Of a stretch of 64,000 nucleotides of DNA, positions 57,935 through 64,000 are shown one piece after another. Source of the DNA: a virus. Position numbers and translations under genes: made by a program. Location: the IMG/VR virus record IMGVR_UViG_3300021378_001718, positions 7,047 through 71,046 of that record. The stretch is one strand, 5' to 3'. The first letter of the stretch is position 1, and each line of letters opens with the position of its first letter. Under the pieces are notes generated by a model. It was given only the letters and a program-made list of their open reading frames with translations. It was not told the DNA's origin and made no database searches.

Positions 57935-58371
57935 TGTGCGGCAAGCCTCAGTTGTTGTGTTATACGTTGTGTTATATCTATAAGTGCTGTAAATGCTAAT
58001 GTGCTACCTAGCAGTCTCATATCAAACAGCAATGCTTCTGGTGTAAACGGAGCAAATCCTGTACCAAACATGACTACAGCACCATTGACAACTATATGCC
58101 AAAGCAACACAGAAGTTGCTCCTGCAACATATACGTTGCCCATATTCTTGCTGATATAGTATGCACCAAACATACAAGCATATACAATAGGCATGATACT
58201 ATAAAATCCTAATATAACATCAGTTACTGCAAGTACACCTAATGCTAACCAAGGACTAAGATTCATTCTTGGTGCAAATACTGCAAGTGCTAACAGAGGC
58301 GTAATGTTTGGATCAAGTCCGATTAATCTACTCGCAATTAATATTGACGTTAATATAATTAGTTCTTTCAT
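57931..58371 (-). CDS. Polytopic membrane protein (DUF6580-like, possible transporter component)
   Basis: SRL....PNITP..ALAVF; several TM segments. Confidence 0.65.
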   Translation of the reverse strand: MKELIILTSILIASRLIGLDPNITPLLALAVFAPRMNLSPWLALGVLAVTDVILGFYSIMPIVYACMFGAYYISKNMGNVYVAGATSVLLWHIVVNGAVVMFGTGFAPFTPEALLFDMRLLGSTLAFTALIDITQRITQQLRLAAH

Positions 58372-58649
58372 TTGATTGTAACCTCTGCTTGTGTTTCTAT
58401 TACTACTCTTGCTCCACAAGGTAGAAGTGGCTTATCATTGCCACCGTATACTATTTTGCTTGGTCCGTGTATTTCTACTTCATGACCATATGTGTTCTTT
58501 CTGCCTTCTTTGACTGTAATAACTGCTTCATTTGTGCCGTGCTTTTTGTTTGCACGTATCTTATGCATGTTTACATGAATATACTTTTTAGTATTAGTCG
58601 TTTTAGTTTTTACAGCATTTATTGGTTTATCGTACATCTTTTTTCTCAA
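58368..58649 (-). CDS. Hypothetical protein
   Basis: IHVN.H.IR.N...CGARV.IET. Confidence 0.65.
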   Translation of the reverse strand: MRKKMYDKPINAVKTKTTNTKKYIHVNMHKIRANKKHGTNEAVITVKEGRKNTYGHEVEIHGPSKIVYGGNDKPLLPCGARVVIETQAEVTIK

Positions 58650-58893
58650 ATTGTTTGTTTGCTTTGCGTTGCCATGACCATTCTAAAAATCTGTTAATTA
58701 CATTAGCAATCATTTCTTGTAATTTAAACAATGTGTTGCTCCCTACTTTTCTTTGCTGTTCGTTTTGTTCCTGATTTACTTGTATATTCTTTTGTGATAC
58801 CTTTAGTTCCACTCTCACCTGTGACTACAATATACATCATATAACATATACTTGTAATTCCTATCATTGCTAAAACTAATACTACTAATTCCA

Positions 58894-59250
58894 TTACTCT
58901 ATCTCTAATAAGGGTATCTTCTCGCCAATTGGTCTGTTCTGCCATTCAGCATAATCATCGGGAGGATCTTTCTTATCTGTGATAACACTATCTTCCCATT
59001 TCTCTGCTAAACGTCCATTGAGTTCTACCCAAAACTCCATATCTTTTCCTGTCTTTTCAACTATCTTCTTTTCTGTGTCAGCAAAAATAGCATCTTCAGG
59101 ACATTCTGGAATGCATACCCCACAGTCAATACATTCATCTGGATTGATTGTAAGGAAATTAGGTCCTTCATAAAAACAATCTACTGGACATACTATGACA
59201 CAATCTGTGTGTTTACATTTTATACATGCTTCCGTTACAACGTGTGTCAA
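58894..59250 (-). CDS. fdxA: 7Fe-type ferredoxin
   Basis: [30 protein letters not shown]; TTG start with SD. Confidence 0.93.
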   Translation of the reverse strand: MTHVVTEACIKCKHTDCVIVCPVDCFYEGPNFLTINPDECIDCGVCIPECPEDAIFADTEKKIVEKTGKDMEFWVELNGRLAEKWEDSVITDKKDPPDDYAEWQNRPIGEKIPLLEIE

Positions 59251-59276
59251 TCAACTCTCCTAAAGTATACGTATAT

Positions 59277-59657
59277 TTATTGTTTTATCTCAGATGCCAA
59301 TTCTTTTACTTTACCGTCTACAAACCACATTGCTTTGTCTTTGGCTTTAACTAAAACTGTATCAAACTTATCTTTGCAACGTTCTGCTAGTTCTTCATAT
59401 GAAGACCCTTGACATATAAATTCTTCTGTATCTTTATTATATAATAGATAATCAGTATCATCATGCTTTTCAATATAACAGATAGGCAAACGTGCCTTCA
59501 CTTCAGTGATTATCTTTTCATCTATTCGTGCTTCTTCGGCATCGACTTCTTTAATAATTAATTTAATTGTTTGAGCATCTTTCCAATGACGATATAAAGT
59601 TGATGCTTGCCAGCCTATAAACAACAGCATTAATATTTCTAATTCACTTAGTACCAT
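59277..59657 (-). CDS. Hypothetical protein
   Basis: N-terminal hydrophobic helix; F.CQG...EL motif. Confidence 0.6.
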   Translation of the reverse strand: MVLSELEILMLLFIGWQASTLYRHWKDAQTIKLIIKEVDAEEARIDEKIITEVKARLPICYIEKHDDTDYLLYNKDTEEFICQGSSYEELAERCKDKFDTVLVKAKDKAMWFVDGKVKELASEIKQ

Positions 59658-60069
59658 ATAAAAACTCCTTGTGATGTATCCAATCACTATTACTATTTAG
59701 AAAACCCCAATCCCTTGTTTGTTTTCCCATAAAAAACAACGTGGTGACAGGCTTCTCATTATCTAATTCTAACCAATGAAACTCCTGAGCACCACGTCTA
59801 ATAACACTCCCAGGACCTTTCCAAGTCCTCCCCTTGAGAGTGTTCTCCCAATAACCACCTCTTAGAATTATAGTCATGTACGACCATGGGTGATCATGTA
59901 AGAAAGGTTCGTCACTTTTAACTATCTTGTGCAATGTAACATTGAAAGGGAAGTTTGCTCTATCTTTAAGAAATAGATAGTAACGATGCATATAGTCTGC
60001 ACCTGTCATGCGATCAGATATTAGTCTGTATCGATTTAGGCTAGACATTAAACTGTGAAATAAATTCAT
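59644..60069 (-). CDS. Cupin-like hypothetical protein
   Basis: LHKI..SD...LHDHPW...GGYWE...FH...WGF. Confidence 0.7.
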   Translation of the reverse strand: MNLFHSLMSSLNRYRLISDRMTGADYMHRYYLFLKDRANFPFNVTLHKIVKSDEPFLHDHPWSYMTIILRGGYWENTLKGRTWKGPGSVIRRGAQEFHWLELDNEKPVTTLFFMGKQTRDWGFLNSNSDWIHHKEFLYGTK

Positions 60070-60158
60070 ATAAGTTACCGGGGAAAGTAAAAGTGGGGAG
60101 ATTTTGCTTGTCTCTAAGAGCCCTAGCAAGGCTCTCCCCGAACCTGATTCCTAAGAGT

Positions 60159-60434
60159 TTAGGACGCTTTTGAAGCGGCTAATGCTCTGTAACCTGCGGC
60201 TACAACTGCTTTAGTTGGTGTACCTAAACGATATCTTGTAACACCTGTTTTTGTAGGGTTAGCATAGATAGCATATCCACCACGTAAACGAAGGTCGCTT
60301 ACTGTAGCAGTAGGGTTGCCAATGCCGAATCTTGCGGCGATTTGCTTTGCTGTTAGTTCTTCACCGTTCTGTAGAGCGGCTAAGAATTTTGCAGACTTTG
60401 ATACTACCGTAGTAGTTGCTTTTGCATTTGTCAT
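60159..60434 (-). CDS. Winged-HTH DNA-binding protein
   Basis: L..GEELTAKQIAARFGI.NP...VSDLR. Confidence 0.75.
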   Translation of the reverse strand: MTNAKATTTVVSKSAKFLAALQNGEELTAKQIAARFGIGNPTATVSDLRLRGGYAIYANPTKTGVTRYRLGTPTKAVVAAGYRALAASKAS

Positions 60435-60595
60435 ATATTTTCCTCTTAGATTATATGCCATTGAATAATTATTACTCAATGTATTACTATAATACAACAA
60501 TACAGGATTGTATGCAATGTAAATGGGTAAACACGAAACCTATCGTGTTTAGGAGATCCCTTATACATTTGTCGTATCACGTAATTCTTTGGTAG

Positions 60596-61030
60596 TTAAG
60601 ATCCAATTAAGGTCTCAACTAAATTCATTAAAACTGATGTACCTGTAATAGCACTACCAATCATTATTGCTTTGTCATTCCAGCAGTGACCTACATAGAT
60701 CCATGCTACTGCTGAAATGGCATATGCAACTTGTCCTTCTGTGCTGAATCCAGCACTCATAATAAAGACTCCAATAACTGCAAAGATAGTTGCTATCCAT
60801 TTAACATAACTATCAACAGTTCCTGTTGGAGTTGCTGGCTTTAAATCATCTACTTCAAGTTGGAGTTCTTCCATTTCTTGTTTTAGACGTTTCCGTTCTG
60901 CATTTAACTCCATGGCAAGTTTAGCACCCTTACCCATTGTAGAGTTTTTGTATTGATCTTTGACTTCCTGACTTAGTTTTGCTTCCATCTTGTCAGCATC
61001 AAATTGTTCTTTTTCGTTATTCGGCGTCAT
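60596..61030 (-). CDS. Membrane protein with N-terminal coiled coil
   Basis: Three TM segments; YVKW.AT, W.DKA. Confidence 0.65.
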   Translation of the reverse strand: MTPNNEKEQFDADKMEAKLSQEVKDQYKNSTMGKGAKLAMELNAERKRLKQEMEELQLEVDDLKPATPTGTVDSYVKWIATIFAVIGVFIMSAGFSTEGQVAYAISAVAWIYVGHCWNDKAIMIGSAITGTSVLMNLVETLIGS

Positions 61031-61196
61031 TTAAAAAATATTCGTCTTCTATTTGTTTAACCATATCTACTGTCGATGAAAAGCATGTTGGGCAAAAACA
61101 TACAGGGAGAATACCGAATGTACCTTCGATACCTCCCTCTGATTCAGTGTAGATGCAATCGCAAATGCTACACCTATGCCCTCTCTCCCCTTTCAT
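61017..61196 (-). CDS. 59-aa Cys-rich protein
   Basis: CSICDC...FCPTC; ATGA overlap. Confidence 0.6.
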   Translation of the reverse strand: MKGERGHRCSICDCIYTESEGGIEGTFGILPVCFCPTCFSSTVDMVKQIEDEYFLNDAE

Positions 61197-61417
61197 CTAT
61201 AAGTTCCTACAGTTTTTGGACCTTTAGATAGAAATTCTAATCCACCCATAGACCCTACATATTGATCAAATTTATCTTGGTACTGCAAATTTACTTTAAC
61301 AGTGTTCATTATAACAGAAAGATATCTGCCCGGTTGAAAGTTATCAACATCAGCGGTTATTGATTTACCGTTGTCTGTGCATTCAACCAATACTTCTTGG
61401 GCGTATACTTCTTTCAT
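61193..61417 (-). CDS. Hypothetical protein
   Basis: 74-aa ORF in operon. Confidence 0.65.
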   Translation of the reverse strand: MKEVYAQEVLVECTDNGKSITADVDNFQPGRYLSVIMNTVKVNLQYQDKFDQYVGSMGGLEFLSKGPKTVGTYR

Positions 61418-61418
61418 A

Positions 61419-61865
61419 TTATTTACCTATATGTTTAATTTCGTTCTTCGGCACTACTTGATATGCACCTTTGTTGTATGCTGGTGCAATAGTATATGTA
61501 GAACTGATCTCACGTTTCTCTTTTTCCCATTCAGCATTCTCACCGTCACCTTTACTAGTGCCAATCATTCCAGTATTACTAGGATACTTTTCATTGAATT
61601 CTGCTATACGTTTTTGAGCATAAGATAGTTCGGGTTTGTATGTACTTCTGTCTTTTCTGACATCTTTCTTAGGAGTTCTACCATACGCATAATCAATATA
61701 TTCTTCTAGTGTAGCAAACCGAAAGTCATGCAGATGATTACGTTTACAACTTCTGTTATGTTCACGCCATCGTAATTCTAGTTCTTTGAGTTTACCTTTA
61801 GTCAATTTTAACTTGCGTTTGCGAGTATTAATTGAGGATAAACGGACATCTAAATGCATAGTCAT
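61419..61865 (-). CDS. Hypothetical basic protein
   Basis: C-terminal IAPAYNKGAYQV motif. Confidence 0.7.
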   Translation of the reverse strand: MTMHLDVRLSSINTRKRKLKLTKGKLKELELRWREHNRSCKRNHLHDFRFATLEEYIDYAYGRTPKKDVRKDRSTYKPELSYAQKRIAEFNEKYPSNTGMIGTSKGDGENAEWEKEKREISSTYTIAPAYNKGAYQVVPKNEIKHIGK

Positions 61866-61909
61866 AAGTCTATTATACTCCCACAGAGATCAAAAGCAAA
61901 CAAATTGGG

Positions 61910-62248
61910 TTAAGCGGCCTGAAGTTCTTTGATATGTTTACAGTTACCACGGAATGTGTAACCTGGGCATGTACAAGTTTGCTTGTCTGTATCAATTTGA
62001 TACTCATTTCCTTTTGAACCTTTTACAGTAATGATATTAAAAGCAGGTGTACTGTCGCCTTCATACTGATCAATCTTAACAAATGTACGACCTCTTTTGT
62101 CAAAGCCTGTGCTGGGCTTTTTTAAGACTAGCAAGTCTGCTTCTAAGTTGGGTTGATATGCAATTAGTTTACCATTTTCCATATGATAAATGCCGTTATT
62201 GACTTTGTAGTCTCCCCAATCAGTTGTTTCTTGCATTACTTCTATCAT
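61910..62248 (-). CDS. SWIM Zn-finger protein
   Basis: GSKGN.Y...CTCPG...R..CKH. Confidence 0.8.
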   Translation of the reverse strand: MIEVMQETTDWGDYKVNNGIYHMENGKLIAYQPNLEADLLVLKKPSTGFDKRGRTFVKIDQYEGDSTPAFNIITVKGSKGNEYQIDTDKQTCTCPGYTFRGNCKHIKELQAA

Positions 62249-62272
62249 AACAAATCTCCTAAATATGCGTAT

Positions 62273-62301
62273 ATTATACTACCATTGACATCACATGTCA
62301 A
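62273..62301 (-). promoter_or_regulatory. Early promoter with inverted repeat over -35
   Basis: Minus strand TTGACA-N17-TATAAT; TTGACAT-N3-ATGTCAA dyad. Confidence 0.75.
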
Positions 62302-62744
62302 CCGATTTTTTGTAAATATTTGTCTGGATCGTGGTCTAAGTTAGCCTTAATTATATCAGACTTAGAGTAGTAATTCTTAAATGGGGCATAGATATCAGCA
62401 AGTTTTCTGACATCTGGCATCGGGTGCCCTGTGATCTTGTCATCCACTAGTTGTTCTAATGCTTGGCATGATTTTTTATGCTTTGGATCAATCCATTCTA
62501 GTTTCCAACTACCATTTATGTCCAATCTATAAGGCATCCATTCATTTTTTATGTATGTTTCTAATGCATCGATGTCAGACTTAGGACCATAATAGAGTTG
62601 ATAGAACTCTTGCTTAGCCGCACTATGTGCCACATAGTCTTGTAATCGTCTCTGAGGGTTCGTAGCAACGCCAAAGCCTAACGTGTTGCTATGAGACGTT
62701 TGAATGATGTAAAGAAATCTAGTGCTATGCTGAATCTTTTCCAT
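62298..62744 (-). CDS. GIY-YIG/T5orf172-like protein
   Basis: FLYII...GFG...NP..RL..Y...LE...EW. Confidence 0.55.
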   Translation of the reverse strand: MEKIQHSTRFLYIIQTSHSNTLGFGVATNPQRRLQDYVAHSAAKQEFYQLYYGPKSDIDALETYIKNEWMPYRLDINGSWKLEWIDPKHKKSCQALEQLVDDKITGHPMPDVRKLADIYAPFKNYYSKSDIIKANLDHDPDKYLQKIG

Positions 62745-63906
62745 CTTTAATTACCTTGTTGATTTTCTTTAAAATACTAGGGCTAATGTAGTCATACAAA
62801 TCCTTACCATTGTCTTTGTGAGACAAAACAGTATCTGGAACATTAAATGTGCCACCTAACTTTACATAGATTTTTAACACAACATTCAAAACAGCAGTAT
62901 CATGCACAGATTTAGTTGCTCCCCAAACATCTTTAGAATAAGCCGCATATGCCTCACTAACTACTGTTCTTAATTGAGCAGGGTTAGTAAAAAATGTTTT
63001 AATGATTGCATTTAAGTTATGTAAGAATTCAACATATTCTTTAGAGTCAACAGGAACTGTTGCTTTTTGAAATAGTATTTTGTTAAAACTAAACTCGGCT
63101 GAATCTACAACTTCTGTTTTCCAAAATGTGTTGTGATTGTTTACAATAAACTTTAAACATTCGGGCTTAATAGTTTTGATTGCGTTCAAGTGAGTCAAAG
63201 TACCCGGGATACCTGAGTTCTGTTGATCATCTGCTTTGATAGGATATACATCTGCCTCTTCACATATTGCTTGTTTATCGGCTGATAATGCATACTCAGT
63301 CTTATTGTTATTATCTAAACGATAACTCAATACACGTTGTTTGTGGTTGTCGTATTCGTCTATTTTCTTCTTGCCGACACCATTAATGAATGCAAAATGT
63401 TCACGTGCAAATGATCTGTCATCAGTTTCAACATAGAGAACATCAACTTCAAAGTCCTCCCAATCTTCATGTTCAACTTCATCAATCAAATCTGCTTGTG
63501 CAAGTTTGGCTAGAGTCACTACAGTATGTTGACCGTCAGTACAATGGTATATTTCTTTACCAGGTTCTTTAACTGCAAAGATTGGATTAACTCGTCTCGG
63601 GTCAAAGCCTTTTAAAATATTAGTGATATGCATCGTATCCATTTCACGTTGGATATCTTCATCAATTAAAATGTTTTTAATTGGAACCATTTTATGTTGA
63701 GGAAGTTGGGTAATAGAAAAACTAGTACCTAACTTATAATAGTCTTCGACTGTATCATGTATGCCTTGATTGTTTGGCTTGTTGACTTCTTTAAGTCGAT
63801 CAGCAATCGTTTTGACATAGAACTCATTTGGATCTCTGTCTAATTGATTAACAACTTTCCTAGATTGTTTAGTAGTACTAGGTACCCATTCAATTGGAAA
63901 ACTCAT
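62725..63906 (-). CDS. ParB/Srx-like N-terminal domain protein
   Basis: ID..IQR, F.P, DGQHT, F..IN motif. Confidence 0.7.
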   Translation of the reverse strand: MSFPIEWVPSTTKQSRKVVNQLDRDPNEFYVKTIADRLKEVNKPNNQGIHDTVEDYYKLGTSFSITQLPQHKMVPIKNILIDEDIQREMDTMHITNILKGFDPRRVNPIFAVKEPGKEIYHCTDGQHTVVTLAKLAQADLIDEVEHEDWEDFEVDVLYVETDDRSFAREHFAFINGVGKKKIDEYDNHKQRVLSYRLDNNNKTEYALSADKQAICEEADVYPIKADDQQNSGIPGTLTHLNAIKTIKPECLKFIVNNHNTFWKTEVVDSAEFSFNKILFQKATVPVDSKEYVEFLHNLNAIIKTFFTNPAQLRTVVSEAYAAYSKDVWGATKSVHDTAVLNVVLKIYVKLGGTFNVPDTVLSHKDNGKDLYDYISPSILKKINKVIKDGKDSA

Positions 63907-63940
63907 ATATAACTCCTGTGTGTATGTGTTTCATTATTAT

Positions 63941-63968
63941 ATTATACTGTTTTTCGAGCCTTTGTCAA
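63941..63968 (-). promoter_or_regulatory. Early promoter for ParB-like operon
   Basis: A-tract, TTGACA-N16-TATAAT on minus strand. Confidence 0.7.
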
Positions 63969-64000
63969 GGCTTTTTTAGTATTTTTCTTGTCGAAATAAA

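Noticed and set aside
1-64000. Stop-codon recoding or selenoproteins
   Set aside because: Recognised genes are full-length under the standard code; TAA, TAG and TGA all end genes; no suppressor tRNA among the five found

Overview
A 64-kb, AT-rich, gene-dense segment of a large lytic tailed-phage genome, T4-like in organisation. The host is probably a marine proteobacterium, inferred from IscU/ErpA/FdxA/Fpr/TorF-type genes. The standard genetic code fits throughout, and I saw no integrase, CRISPR array, intron or intein. Contents: long Gly/Thr/Asn/Ala-rich repetitive tail-fibre/virion proteins (1-8.2 kb, 44.3-48.2 kb); nrdA-nrdB-glutaredoxin; PAAR plus a large virion protein; five tRNAs; and many host-like accessory genes. 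These cover SAM supply and recycling (metK, mtnN, apt), a three-gene polyamine operon (DHS-like, agmatinase, SpeD-like), Fe-S/redox (iscU, erpA, fdxA, fpr, ahpC, SOD), translation factor IF-1, a TorF-type porin followed by five microproteins, a subtilase, sugar/surface-modifying enzymes and a tandem 2OG-Fe(II) oxygenase array with one frameshifted member. The most striking unexplained pattern is that nine accessory operons start with the late-promoter core TAAATA (TAAGTA in one) exactly 5 nt before an SD-less ATG. This implies systematic leaderless late mRNAs in a phage that encodes its own IF-1. All product calls come from motif recognition by eye; no searches were run.
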